Part shown: in pieces, positions 39,664 to 50,609 of the stretch
How the letters are laid out: each line of letters begins with the position of its first letter
Position numbering within the stretch: the first letter of the stretch is position 1
DNA from: an uncultured cyanobacterium
Lineage (GTDB): Bacteria > Cyanobacteriota > Cyanobacteriia > Cyanobacteriales > Nostocaceae
Assembly (NCBI GenBank): GCA_963706595.1
Contig: OY970166.1
Span: forward strand, 1,632,001 to 1,696,000
Direction: 5' to 3'
DNA length: 64,000 nt
The notes under the pieces: generated by a model
The model's input: the letters and a program-made list of their open reading frames with translations, nothing else
Database searches by the model: none
Told to the model about the DNA's origin: nothing
Program-made: the position numbers and the translations under genes

Positions 39664-41985
39664 CTAAAAGCGTACACTTAAACTGGCTGAAAAGTTAATT
39701 CCTGTTTGGGTATATAAGTCTAAGAATGCGTTATCGTTATTCACTCCTCTCACGGTAGACCATTCTGTATATCGCTGATTAAACAAATTGAAAATACCCA
39801 GGTTCAAAGTAGTATTTTCATTAAAGTTGTAAAAACCTCGTAAATCAACTGTTGTATAACCTTGGGGTTTAAAGAAGTTTTCATTACTAACTCTATCTTT
39901 AGCTGCTACCAAAGTGGTAGTTAATTCTGCACCCCAAATTTCTGCGGCTGAACGATAACGTAACCCTACAATGGCTTTGAAGGGGTCTACTGAATCTAAG
40001 GGTTGGTCTGTTTCTAAGTTGTCTCCTACAGCATAAGCTAAGGTTCCAAATAAGCTCAAACCACCAGGAGATTCTTGAAAGCGATATTCTCCTCCGGCTT
40101 CTAAACCATAAATTTTGGCTCCTTTAATGTTTTGGGATTGGAATTGCAAAAGTCCTCTATTATCAGGGCCAATTCCGACATTTTCAATAAAGTTGTCGTA
40201 GCGATTATAAAACCCTGTGAGACTCAGACTACCTTGGGGATAGTTGGCTCTGATACCGAGTTCATAACTATCTACTGTTTCAGGTTTTAAATCAGCGTTT
40301 GGTAAAACAGTATAACCGAAAAGGAAGTTAGTAAATGCGATCGCCGCATCATCATAAGGTGGACTTCTGAAACCACGGGCGTATTGTCCATATAGTGATA
40401 TTTCTGGGGTGATTTTGGCAATTATACCTAATTTGGGTGAAAAGGCGGAAGCAGAAAAGCCTTCTACTTGGTAATTTTCTGTATTTATGTTATTAAAAGC
40501 AACGTCGTTTGAGTAAGGAGTTAGTTGATAATAGTCGTAACGAATTCCAGGTATTAAAGTAACACGACCATCGGCAAATTCGATTTCATCCTGAATATAA
40601 ATCCCACCTCTGAAGGTATCGGTATCAGGAAAAGTTTTATTGGGAAAAAGTTCGCTGTTCACAACTTTTGTACTGGTTCCCAAGGTTTCGTTAAATGATG
40701 TGGAATCTCTGGGACGACTGGTGGAAGTGTTAAACAAATCAAAACCGTAAACTAGGCGATGGCTGACATCTCCTGTGAAAAATTTGCTGGTAAATTGCAC
40801 ATCACCACCGATAACATCTTGGTTAAAACCAGTTTCTAGTATGCGGCGTAAATTTTGATTTGCTCTGTTAATTGTTCGGGTTTCGACATTTTCTGTGGTT
40901 TCAGCAGTTTGGTAATAAATCTGTGATTTGACTGACTGCAAAAATGAACTTAAGTTAGGATTGGTATACTCATGACTTAAACTAATGCGTCCTCGACTGG
41001 TAAAATCTGACGCAGTTTGACTGAGGGTTGTGGCTGTTTGTGCGGTTCTAACTTTAGTGTTGACGCTACGATCAAATAATTCTCCTGTGAGGCGGAAAAT
41101 ATGATTATCGTTTGGTTCTAAAACTACTTTACTAAAGAAGTTGTTACTGCCAAAATCTTGAGGGTTGGGATCTAATCCGCCGAAGTTTTGAGTTTCACTT
41201 CCATCACGGCGTGTATACTGCACTAAACCTGATAAGTTGCCGCTTTTTCCTGCTAATGTGACTGATGGAGAAAAACTAGAGTCAGGGGTATTATAGCTGA
41301 GTTTTCCACTGATATAAAATGGACGACCAAAAACGCTTAAATAATCTTCTGGATCTTTGGTTGTGAAGGAAACTACACCGCCAATAGCATCGCTACCGTA
41401 AAGAGTGGAAGCGGGTCCACGAATAATTTCTACTCTTTGAATTGAGTCAAATCCGACTAAATCTCGACCAGTATTAAAGTAAATATCTGGAACTCTCACA
41501 CCATCAACTTGAATTAAGACACGGTTCCCTTCAATACCTCGAATATTAATACTAGAGTTACCTTCACGCAAGGGGCGATCGCGCACAGATATTCCTGGTT
41601 CATAACGGACTAAATCTTTGATATCCTGGATAAAATCTCGTTCAATTTTTTGATCATCAATGACGCTAATTGTTCCCACTGAATCAATAATTGCTCTGGG
41701 GGTGCGAGTTCCTGTAACTGTAATTTCTATCCCGGAATCATTAGTTTGAATTTCATTTTCGTTTTCTGCTTCATCGCAATCATCAAATTCTCGGTCTTCA
41801 TCTGGGTTATCGGGGTCAAAATCTGGGGGACAAGTTTCTTTTTCTTCTGACTCTGCTTGTTGATCTACGGGAATATTTACAGGTTCTTGACTCAGTAATT
41901 TGATATTATTTACTTGGGCGAAAGCTGTGGGTATGACAAATAGGTTCAGCAGAGCTATGCTGAAAAAGATGGGATATTGTTTCAC
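39664..41985 (-). CDS. TonB-dependent receptor, heme/hemoglobin-like family
   Basis: TonB box ITVTG, IRGPASTLYGSDAIGGV plug, GFRSP..NADLKPE (FRAP/NPNL-like), terminal F; GTG start. Confidence 0.88.
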   Translation of the reverse strand: MKQYPIFFSIALLNLFVIPTAFAQVNNIKLLSQEPVNIPVDQQAESEEKETCPPDFDPDNPDEDREFDDCDEAENENEIQTNDSGIEITVTGTRTPRAIIDSVGTISVIDDQKIERDFIQDIKDLVRYEPGISVRDRPLREGNSSINIRGIEGNRVLIQVDGVRVPDIYFNTGRDLVGFDSIQRVEIIRGPASTLYGSDAIGGVVSFTTKDPEDYLSVFGRPFYISGKLSYNTPDSSFSPSVTLAGKSGNLSGLVQYTRRDGSETQNFGGLDPNPQDFGSNNFFSKVVLEPNDNHIFRLTGELFDRSVNTKVRTAQTATTLSQTASDFTSRGRISLSHEYTNPNLSSFLQSVKSQIYYQTAETTENVETRTINRANQNLRRILETGFNQDVIGGDVQFTSKFFTGDVSHRLVYGFDLFNTSTSRPRDSTSFNETLGTSTKVVNSELFPNKTFPDTDTFRGGIYIQDEIEFADGRVTLIPGIRYDYYQLTPYSNDVAFNNINTENYQVEGFSASAFSPKLGIIAKITPEISLYGQYARGFRSPPYDDAAIAFTNFLFGYTVLPNADLKPETVDSYELGIRANYPQGSLSLTGFYNRYDNFIENVGIGPDNRGLLQFQSQNIKGAKIYGLEAGGEYRFQESPGGLSLFGTLAYAVGDNLETDQPLDSVDPFKAIVGLRYRSAAEIWGAELTTTLVAAKDRVSNENFFKPQGYTTVDLRGFYNFNENTTLNLGIFNLFNQRYTEWSTVRGVNNDNAFLDLYTQTGINFSASLSVRF

Positions 41986-42039
41986 TGGTTTTTACCTAAA
42001 AATTGTGATTATTAAATAAAAGCTTCGCTACCAGATTTA

Positions 42040-43116
42040 TTAAATTCCTGATTGGCGCTTATATAGTAAATAGATAAATAGCGGCGAACCCAATAAGGCG
42101 GTGACAGCACCTACAGGAAGTTCTACAGCACCGAGGCGTGAAAGTAAGTCTGCGAAGCTGAGAACTAACGCCCCACCAATTGCACTGAGTGGTAAAACTG
42201 CACGGTAATCTGTACCCACCATTAAGCGGATTCCGTGGGGAACGATTAAACCGACGAAACCGATTAAACCACCTATACTGACGGCTCCTGCTGCTAATAG
42301 TGTAGCTGTACCACCAATCAAAATGCGCGATCGCAAAACGGAAACACCCAGTCCTATGGCTAATTCGTCACCCAAGTTCAACAAGTTGACAGCACGGGCT
42401 AACAAGCATCCAAATAACAAGGCGACGCTAATATAAGCACCTGAGATGGTTAAGTCACTCCAACCGCGCCCATTTAAACTCCCAATTAACCAATTCAAAG
42501 CTGTTTGGATTTGACCATCTTCAGCCATTAATAACAGCACAGATTGAATCGCACCAAATAGAGAACTAATTGCAACTCCACCTAAAATCAATCGTTCCAC
42601 TGAAATTCCCTGATTAGTTCGGGCTAACAGGTAAACAATAATAGTTGTCAATAAGCCCCCAGCCCAAGCCCCTAAAGGAACCCAAGTCTGCAATACACCT
42701 AAACTCAGCATGGCGACAGCCGCTAAACCAGCACCTGCGGAAATACCGAGTAAAAACGGGCTGGCTAGTCCGTTTCGCAGCATTCCCTGTAATAATGAGC
42801 CTGACATTCCCAAGGCTGCACCCACAAGCAATGCGGCCAAGGTGCGAGGTAGGCGCAAGTCCCAGAGAATTGTTTGATGGAGTTGATCACCTTGGCGAAT
42901 AACTGCTAGCCATAACTGATTGGGAGTCATGGCTACTGCACCAAATGACAGGGAAATTCCTGTAACTAACAGCAGCGCTACACATAGAAAAAATGTTCCT
43001 AATATGAGGCGATCGCCTAGTATCCGTAAGCGCAATTCGCCGATGAAAGCTTTTGGCGATCGCGAAGCGCTGCTGCAAGCAGATCGCACTGGAAACCACA
43101 ACTTAAAAACTCCCAT
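42040..43116 (-). CDS. FecCD-family ABC permease (start uncertain)
   Basis: LRLPR, LLNLGDELA, IGFVGLIVPH, ELPVG. Confidence 0.9.
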   Translation of the reverse strand: MGVFKLWFPVRSACSSASRSPKAFIGELRLRILGDRLILGTFFLCVALLLVTGISLSFGAVAMTPNQLWLAVIRQGDQLHQTILWDLRLPRTLAALLVGAALGMSGSLLQGMLRNGLASPFLLGISAGAGLAAVAMLSLGVLQTWVPLGAWAGGLLTTIIVYLLARTNQGISVERLILGGVAISSLFGAIQSVLLLMAEDGQIQTALNWLIGSLNGRGWSDLTISGAYISVALLFGCLLARAVNLLNLGDELAIGLGVSVLRSRILIGGTATLLAAGAVSIGGLIGFVGLIVPHGIRLMVGTDYRAVLPLSAIGGALVLSFADLLSRLGAVELPVGAVTALLGSPLFIYLLYKRQSGI

Positions 43117-43424
43117 TTCGATTATTACTTTTCTCCATACGCCTAATATTTATTTGAGCATTAATACAAACTATTGTCAATAAGTTTATACAAGTAAGCC
43201 GCAAATCGTGGTCTAGCTGCAATTCTGAGCGAGAAATTTGGGTGTAGAGGTATAACAGAATCATTACCAAAAATTACCTGCTTGATACTAACAGCACTAT
43301 TGATATATGAAGGATTAAGAATAACTGTTAAATAATGATGCAAAATCCAGATTTTTATTGAAATTACTGCGGAAATATTTAGATTATGTTTCTAACCCTT
43401 TAAATATTTTCAGGAGCTAATCAG

Positions 43425-43685
43425 GTGTTTCCTTCAACCTTACTCGCTGCTGTAACCACACCTCTGGAATGGAGTCCTACTGTTGGTGTGATTATGATTC
43501 TAGCCAACATCGTTGCCATTGCCTTTGGCAAATTTACCATCAAGTACCCTAGCGTTGAACCAGCCCTACCTTCAGCCAATTTCTTTGGCGGTTTTGGTTT
43601 ACCTGCGGTACTAGCAACTAGTGCCTTTGGTCATATCTTAGGTGCTGGTGTAATTTTAGGACTGCACAACATCGGCAAAATTTAG
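43425..43685 (+). CDS. psaK: Photosystem I subunit K
   Basis: WSPTVGVIM...ATSAFGHILGAGVILGL; SD AGGAG with GTG start. Confidence 0.92.
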   Translation: MFPSTLLAAVTTPLEWSPTVGVIMILANIVAIAFGKFTIKYPSVEPALPSANFFGGFGLPAVLATSAFGHILGAGVILGLHNIGKI

Positions 43686-43834
43686 GTAAAAATTTTAGGC
43701 ATTTGTAATGCGTGGCTGATTTACGCCAATTTGATTAATTGTTTTTTGCCTATAATTGATCAGCTAGAGCTATCCTAAGTTGACAATTAAATAGACATAC
43801 TTATACACTTATAGACAAAGCTATAAGTGTATTT

Positions 43835-44485
43835 ATGTTTAAACCACATGAATTTGCCGAAAAAATGGGAGTTTCTGTGAAAACGTTGCAGAGATGGGAC
43901 AATTCTGGGAAATTACCTGCCAAAAGAACACCATCGGGACATCGATTTTATACTGAAAACGACTTATTGATTGCTCAGGGATTAAAACCTACAGAACAAA
44001 ATCGCAAAAACATCGTTTATTGTCGCGTTTCTTCTAATGGACAGAAACCAGAGTTGAAGAATCAAATCACCGCTATGGAGACATTTTGTTTAAACAGGGG
44101 TTTAGCTGTTGACGAATGGGTATCGGAGATTGGCGGAGGCTTAAACTTTAAAAGAAAGAAGTTCTTATCAATTATGATGTCTATGCTTCAAGGCGAAATC
44201 GCAATTATTGTAATAGCTCATAAAGATAGAATGTGTCGTTTTGCTTTTGAATTTATACAGGAGTTATCCAACTCTGTTGGTTGCGAAATAATTGTAGCTA
44301 ATCAAGAATCATTATCGCCTCAACAAGAATTAGTGGAAGATTTAATGGCTATCATTCATGGCTTTTCTTGTAGATTGTATGGGTTAAGAAATTACTCTAA
44401 AGAAATTAAAAACAATCTCAAAAATGCTATTGACAAGCCAGTACATGACCTAGCAGAATTGGACAACCAAGAAATACAGTGTTGA
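43835..44485 (+). CDS. tnpA: IS607 serine recombinase/transposase
   Basis: MerR-like HTH GVSVKTLQRWD, YCRVSS catalytic motif, KDRMCRF. Confidence 0.92.
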   Translation: MFKPHEFAEKMGVSVKTLQRWDNSGKLPAKRTPSGHRFYTENDLLIAQGLKPTEQNRKNIVYCRVSSNGQKPELKNQITAMETFCLNRGLAVDEWVSEIGGGLNFKRKKFLSIMMSMLQGEIAIIVIAHKDRMCRFAFEFIQELSNSVGCEIIVANQESLSPQQELVEDLMAIIHGFSCRLYGLRNYSKEIKNNLKNAIDKPVHDLAELDNQEIQC

Positions 44486-44495
44486 AGGTCGAACA

Positions 44496-44893
44496 ATGCT
44501 TTTATCCATTAAAACAAAGTTGAAACTAACCAAGAATCAAGAGACAATCATGAGTAAACACGCAGGAATAGCGAAGTTTACTTACAATTGGGGTCTTGCT
44601 ACTTGGAAACAACTTTACAAAGATGGATTTAAGCCCAATAAATACATATTAAAAAAGTTCTTTAATAACCATGTAAAACCAGAGTTTGATTGGATTAAAG
44701 AAAAAGGTAAAAGTTTGGTTGTGAAATAATTATTGCTGACCGTTGGTTTCCATCAACTAAAACCTGTTCTAATTGTGGGCATATTCAAGATATGCCGCTT
44801 TCAGAAAGAGTTTACAATTGCCACAATTGTGGGCATTCGATGGACAGAGATTTAAACGCAGCAATAGTTTTATCAAGGTTGGCTAAACCTTGA
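44496..44893 (+). pseudogene. tnpB: tnpB remnant: N-terminal ~70 aa joined out of frame to the C-terminal zinc ribbon
   Basis: 44711-44893 reads KFGCEIIIADRWFPSTKTCSNCG...CHNCGHSMDRDLNAA*; RuvC-I/II region is missing. Confidence 0.88.
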
Positions 44894-45203
44894 AAGCTTG
44901 CTGAGGGATAACCGCTCCCATGCTCCCTTTGACGCAAGAAGTAAATGTCTAGCTTTGTCTAACATTTATATAGCAGAAGTGACTCTCTAGCTTTTTTTAA
45001 TTGTTCGCGCCTCAGATCAGCAAAAGATAAAAATCCCGCCATTGTTGAAGCTTTTTTCGCAGATTTCCTTCTAATGGTACAAGACAAAGCCATAAAAATC
45101 ATGTGATCATCTAAAAGTAGAGGAATATTAATCATTGATGCTAATTTCAATAACATCAACTCTACTTTTCAATTTGATATTTTAAAGCAGGAAATAGAAT
45201 ATA

Positions 45204-45437
45204 ATGGCACAGGAAAAAACTGCCCAACTTTTGCAAGCTGTTAAAGAAGACCAAGCATTACAAGCAAGACTCAAAGCCTCAGATCATCCAGAAGCCTTCA
45301 TCAAGATTGCTAGAGAGAGTGGCTATGACTTTACAATTGAAGAACTAGAACATGAAATTAGTCAATTGTCGGACGAAGATTTGGCAGCTATTGTCAATCC
45401 CGGCTGGGGTAATAGACGGCACATTCATCCTAGATAA
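45204..45437 (+). CDS. Nif11-like leader peptide protein
   Basis: VKEDQALQARLK...IARESGYDFTIEEL...LSDEDLAAI. Confidence 0.85.
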   Translation: MAQEKTAQLLQAVKEDQALQARLKASDHPEAFIKIARESGYDFTIEELEHEISQLSDEDLAAIVNPGWGNRRHIHPR

Positions 45438-46077
45438 TTCTTGAATTATTCTCCGGACTTTTTGTTGTGCATAATCGGGCAAAGGTAGAGTTAGCTTTTG
45501 CCTGATTCTCTGGTTTAAGGATTAATTAGGTGGATATTAAGAAGATATTTGTAAAGTATCTCTATTCAAACCAATCTTGACCTCCTGGTAATTCGGCTAA
45601 ATAATGATCAATAATATCTGGTAATTCTTTAGCCTGATATTTATAAGTTAAATGTAAAAGCTTGCTAGCAAAATTAATTAATATCTCTTGATTCAGTCTT
45701 TTAATTCTTGTGTCATATATTTGGGGAAATGGGGGAAGACAACAAATAAAATTCATCATTATCGCGGTTCTCGGTTGAGTGAGATACAATAACCCCACCC
45801 CCAACCCCCTCCGGTGCAAGCGAGGAGGGGGCTATCATGTACTTCATCTAAGTGCATACCGCTATATTGAGGACAAAAACCAGAAAATTACAGCAATCTG
45901 AGAATTTACATAACTATCGTTTAAAAGTTCTTTCAGGCTGCTGACCATTATTTTCTGTCTCCTAGTAAGGCTTTGCTGGTTTTCTGCGGTCATGCCTTTT
46001 GCTGGTTAATTTTAATTATAATTTTAATTTCCCGGATGACTGCGACTTCTATTCACCAGGGCTTTTATTGAAAAATT

Positions 46078-46441
46078 GGGTTGAAAATCCCGTCATTCTA
46101 AAACAGCTTTTGGTACAATAGGAGATGTGGAGGGGTAATTAACCACTTAAAAAACCCTATTGCTACCTAACACGTAGACGCTGCACCTTGACAACTGAAT
46201 CTAGGGGATTCTACTTCGTAGTTCTAGTATTACCTGGAAGTAGGTAAAAGATTCATAGGTACTAGACGAACAGCACTAAACTTCAATCAAACAAATATTG
46301 CAACAATGCAACTATGGTCGGGCAGACCAAAAGTTAACGCTTGGGGAGAGAACCACCTCTGGTCTAGATACCGCAAGGAGTCTAGGCTAAGTGGACTCGT
46401 TGAACCAAGAATCCTCATGCCTTGAGGCTGAGGAGTGTCAA
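46078..46441 (+). mobile_element. Non-autonomous IS200/IS605-type relic retaining the right end/omegaRNA region
   Basis: Degenerate left-end hairpin (GGGTTGAAAATCCCGTCATTCTAAAACAGCTTT); right end AACGCTTGGGGAGAG...GAACCAAGAATCCTCATGCCTTGAGGCTGAGGAGTGTCAA. Confidence 0.7.
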
Positions 46442-46496
46442 AATATTGTTATTCTCGTAACGAGAGACACAAAACGCCCCTGAAAGATTCATCGCC

Positions 46497-48662
46497 ATGC
46501 TTCAGTACCCGAATCTCGAACAAGCGCTAAAACATAACTTTGGTTACGACCAATTCCGCCCCGGACAACGGCAAATTATTGAAGATGCGCTGCAAAATCG
46601 GGATTTGCTGGTGGTGATGCCGACTGGTGGGGGGAAATCTCTGTGTTTTCAGTTACCAGCTTTGATAAAATCAGGTTTAACGGTAGTGGTTTCACCGTTA
46701 ATCGCTTTGATGCAAGACCAAGTGGAATCACTGCGAAATAATAATATTTCGGCAACTTTTCTCAATAGCAGTCTGAATCCTCATAAGGTGCGATCGCGCG
46801 AAGAAGCCATCCGCAATGGTAAGGTGAGATTACTCTACGTCGCCCCAGAACGCCTTTTAAGTGAAAGATTTCTGCCCTTTTTAGATTTAGTACATCACCA
46901 AATCGGTATTTCTACCTTCGCCATTGACGAAGCCCATTGTGTTTCTGAATGGGGACACGATTTTCGTCCAGAATACCGCCAGTTGAAATCCCTGCGAAGG
47001 CGTTACCCAGATGTTCCCACTATTGCCCTCACCGCTACAGCTACAGATCGCGTCCGTGGTGATATCATTCAACAATTAGGGTTAAAGCAACCTATCGTTC
47101 ACCTCGCCAGCTTTAATCGGCAAAATCTTTATTACGAAGTTCGTCCTAAATCGAAGTCTGCTTACGCGGAAATATTAGAACTAATTCGAGAAACTGATGG
47201 TTCGACAATTATCTATTGCTTAACTCGGAAAAAAGTCGATGAACTCACATTTAAACTGCAAAATGATAAAGTTGTGGCTTTGTCTTATCATGCTGGTTTA
47301 AGTGATGAAGAACGTTCCAAAAATCAAACTCGATTTATTCGCGATGATGTCCGGGTAATGGTAGCCACAATTGCTTTTGGAATGGGAATAAATAAGCCAG
47401 ATGTGCGGTTAGTTGTTCACTTTGATTTACCCCGAAATTTAGAAAGTTATTATCAAGAATCGGGTAGGGCGGGAAGGGATAGCGAACCCTCCCGGTGTAC
47501 CATGTTTTTTAGTTTTAGTGATATTAAAACTATTGAATGGAGTATTAACCAAAAAACTGATCCTCAAGAACAATTAATTGCTAAACAACAGCTACGTCAA
47601 GTTATAGATTATGCTGAAGGTACAGATTGCCGGCGGACAATTCAATTAGGTTATTTTGGGGAACGGTTTCCAGGTAATTGCGGTAACTGTGATAATTGTC
47701 GTTATCCTAAACCTGTACAAGATTGGACAATTGAAGCCATGAAGTTTTTATCTTGTGTGGCGCGTTGTCAGGAAAGATATGGGATGCTACACATTATTGA
47801 GGTGTTGCGGGGATCTAAAAGTCAAAAAGTTATCCAAAATAAACACGATAAACTTTCTACTTACGGTATAGGTAAAGATAAAACTTTGGATGAATGGCGA
47901 ATGTTGGGGCGTTCTTTGTTACATCAAGGCTTGTTAGAACAAACCAATGATGGTTACTCGGTTTTAAAACTTAATCCTTTGAGTTGGGAAGTCATGAAGC
48001 GACAGCGCACTGTTTCTCTTGCTGTTCCCATCGCCCAAAAGTTGAGTTTAGTCGGAGAGAGTGACAAAGCTGTTGAGGCAGAATTATTATTACAGAGATT
48101 GCGATCGCTCCGCAAAGAATTGGCTGATGAACAGTCTGTACCGCCCTATGTTGTCTTTCAGGATTCTACCCTGAAGTTAATGGCACAAGCCCAACCCCAA
48201 TCTTTAGCCGACTTTGCCAAACTTTCTGGAGTAGGTAGTCACAAATTAGCTCAGTATGGGAAAAAATTCTTGGCAGAAATTACAGCCTACCGTCAAGAAA
48301 GAGGTGAACCAGCACAAAAAAGTTATTCTCTAGGTTCCATAGCTGAGAATAATTCACCTAATGATAGTGAATTGGTGACATTAAGGCTGCATCAAGAAGG
48401 TTTGAGTATTCCCGAAATTGCCAACAAACGCAATCTTAGCCCTTCGACAATTCTCACTCATCTTTCTAAGTTAATGGCAAAAAATCAGCCTGTAGATTTA
48501 AATCAGTTAGTCCCTCTAGAACATCAACAAAAAATTTGGCAAGTTTTAGAAATTTTGGGTGATATTTCCCTAACTCCAGTTAAAGAACAATTGGGTGAAA
48601 ACTATACTTTTGATGAAATTCGCTTAGTTAGGGAAAAGTGGCGCAGAGAAAGCCGTAAATAA
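46497..48662 (+). CDS. recQ: ATP-dependent DNA helicase RecQ
   Basis: [36 protein letters not shown] zinc motif and HRDC domain. Confidence 0.96.
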   Translation: MLQYPNLEQALKHNFGYDQFRPGQRQIIEDALQNRDLLVVMPTGGGKSLCFQLPALIKSGLTVVVSPLIALMQDQVESLRNNNISATFLNSSLNPHKVRSREEAIRNGKVRLLYVAPERLLSERFLPFLDLVHHQIGISTFAIDEAHCVSEWGHDFRPEYRQLKSLRRRYPDVPTIALTATATDRVRGDIIQQLGLKQPIVHLASFNRQNLYYEVRPKSKSAYAEILELIRETDGSTIIYCLTRKKVDELTFKLQNDKVVALSYHAGLSDEERSKNQTRFIRDDVRVMVATIAFGMGINKPDVRLVVHFDLPRNLESYYQESGRAGRDSEPSRCTMFFSFSDIKTIEWSINQKTDPQEQLIAKQQLRQVIDYAEGTDCRRTIQLGYFGERFPGNCGNCDNCRYPKPVQDWTIEAMKFLSCVARCQERYGMLHIIEVLRGSKSQKVIQNKHDKLSTYGIGKDKTLDEWRMLGRSLLHQGLLEQTNDGYSVLKLNPLSWEVMKRQRTVSLAVPIAQKLSLVGESDKAVEAELLLQRLRSLRKELADEQSVPPYVVFQDSTLKLMAQAQPQSLADFAKLSGVGSHKLAQYGKKFLAEITAYRQERGEPAQKSYSLGSIAENNSPNDSELVTLRLHQEGLSIPEIANKRNLSPSTILTHLSKLMAKNQPVDLNQLVPLEHQQKIWQVLEILGDISLTPVKEQLGENYTFDEIRLVREKWRRESRK

Positions 48663-48781
48663 TGGCGATCGCTTATAGTAAAGTTTTCCTAAGAATGAGT
48701 AAATTTTTGGATATTTCTGCTCATGCTAGCAGATAGTGATCTGCACCTCTACTAAGCGATCGCCGCCTTGGAAGTCCCTAA

Positions 48782-48955
48782 TCAAGCTGCATCCATAACA
48801 CCGGGAATTTCGCTGCTAGAGTCTGGCGATTGGATTGCAGGCGTTGATGGTGCTGGATTTTCGCCTTTGGCAGTTATCACAGATAGCACCTTGGGGAATA
48901 TAATACAGACAACAGTGTTGAACAGTGTCAGCAATAGACCATCCATCAAATTCAT
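48782..48955 (-). CDS. 57-aa single-TM protein missing from the ORF track; paralog of 50112-50348
   Basis: MNLMDGLLLTLFNTVVCIIFPKVLSV...MDAA*; SD AGAGG upstream. Confidence 0.7.
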   Translation of the reverse strand: MNLMDGLLLTLFNTVVCIIFPKVLSVITAKGENPAPSTPAIQSPDSSSEIPGVMDAA

Positions 48956-49195
48956 ATATTATCCTCTTGCTTGTTAAAAATTATTTTTTACTACTTCTTA
49001 GTTTGACGCATAATTGAATCATCATTTATATATATAATTTTGTTGATCTTCTAAACTGTATAAGTCAGATAAATATACAGCACTTTTATTTTCAAAGTAC
49101 CACACCTAAATATCTAAAAGGTTTATGGGACAAGGGTTATAGGATTTCATTTTGTACCAAACCGTTACACAAAGTGCTGTATTTATTGACTCATA

Positions 49196-49302
49196 TATAG
49201 CAGGTTGCAGGTATATGAGGTACAAAAGCAATAGTGAAAATATTGTGGGGGAGGGCAAAGATGCCCGCCCTAGTGTACCTCAAAAAAATGAAATGTGTTG
49301 TA
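49196..49302. mobile_element. 107-bp MITE, copy 2
   Basis: Near-identical to 12704-12810. Confidence 0.75.
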
Positions 49303-50111
49303 TATCGTAACCATCAATTTATCTATAGGAATCCGATTTGATTATTGAACAGACACGTAGTGGCGTGGCAAGGCTAAAATGTTGCAATAGATTTTTGAGA
49401 AAATTGGGATAAATCAATGTTTTCTGCTTTTTTCCTAATGCACTATTTTAAGCTTGTCACACCAGTAGTGGCGTGTTAGCGGTAGCGTAACGCACCAAAG
49501 TCTTAATAATGGTGCGTGCGTTACGGATTTCATCCTAACGCACCCTACAATACTTAAATTTTTTCCTAAATCAAATATGAGTCCTATATAAGCTGAATAG
49601 TATCATAAACTTGATGTGTTTATGCATCTAACTTTAGTAATAAAATAATTTCTATAATCTGGAGGATTAGCTATTTATTTCCTGTCGGCTAATCTACCAC
49701 TGCTGGAATATCTAGGAAATCTTCAATGCACTGAAAAAGCAGGGCGTTGCTGATTTCAAAGATGAATTAGTCGGGCTACGCTAACAAGCAAAGGTGCTAT
49801 GGCGCTTTTTTTTGAAACCTAAGCGAAGACGATCTCCAAGAGTAGGAAGATCAAAAGAAAGGTAATTTTGGCGTTTCATACTTTAGTTCAGCAACCCCAA
49901 AAGCAGCACAACTATTTGAGTTTTGTGCTGCTTAGTTTGGAAATGATGGTAATGAATGTATTCTAATTGAAAATTGGTACGAATTACGCAACAGCTTAGT
50001 ACCTGGAAACAGTACATTAGACATCTGGTGACAAACATTGTAGAGACGTGATATGTCACCTCTCTACAACGGTTCTGTGATCACGCATATTTTATTTTCA
50101 CCAGATATCTA

Positions 50112-50348
50112 TTAGTCTGGAGAACACTTAGAACAGAATTGAGGTCTGAATTTACAGAATTCTCTACCTGTCAATAGGTAAGTTGTGCAGTAGGGAAAAC
50201 TAGTAATTTCTATTTTGGCTTTTAGAGACGTTGAACCCTGTTTCAATGGTTGAGAAATTTGGAATTTACGATCCTGAATTGTCGAGAGTAATTTGGGCAA
50301 TGCTAAACAGGCGGCAGCATTGATGAAAGTTAGCAATAAAGCATCCAT
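50112..50348 (-). CDS. Small single-TM protein with Cys-rich tail
   Basis: MDALLLTFINAAACLALPKLLS; N-terminus shared with 48782-48955. Confidence 0.7.
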   Translation of the reverse strand: MDALLLTFINAAACLALPKLLSTIQDRKFQISQPLKQGSTSLKAKIEITSFPYCTTYLLTGREFCKFRPQFCSKCSPD

Positions 50349-50609
50349 GAAGTTGATAGGTAATCACCCCCGTTGACAAATAGGTGGTCTGATGTTTTTT
50401 GTCGCCGAGACAACTAAAGCAAGTGAATATCAAAATCATCCATTGCTTTTACTTTATATAAATTAACTTTAACATACATATTTATCAATACAACCGTTAA
50501 AGTTGTGAAGTATCTTACGCAGTAAGCTATGTACTTATTGAACAGAAGTAATATAGCTTAATAGCAGAATCATCTGGAACAAACAAGTTTACTAAATTTA
50601 TGGAGATGT

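Larger units (their letters stand above)
43768..44976 (+). mobile_element. IS607-family element with internally deleted tnpB
   Basis: Serine recombinase tnpA plus tnpB fragments; TAGACAAAGCTA motif near the left end and inverted near the right end; AG dinucleotide at both inferred borders. Confidence 0.85.

Noticed and set aside
45562..45819. 85-aa ORF
   Set aside because: Its start lies in a MITE; the remainder may be a gene fragment but I cannot assign it
48768..48977. Plus-strand 69-aa ORF from the track
   Set aside because: Antisense shadow of the better-supported minus-strand microprotein 48782-48955
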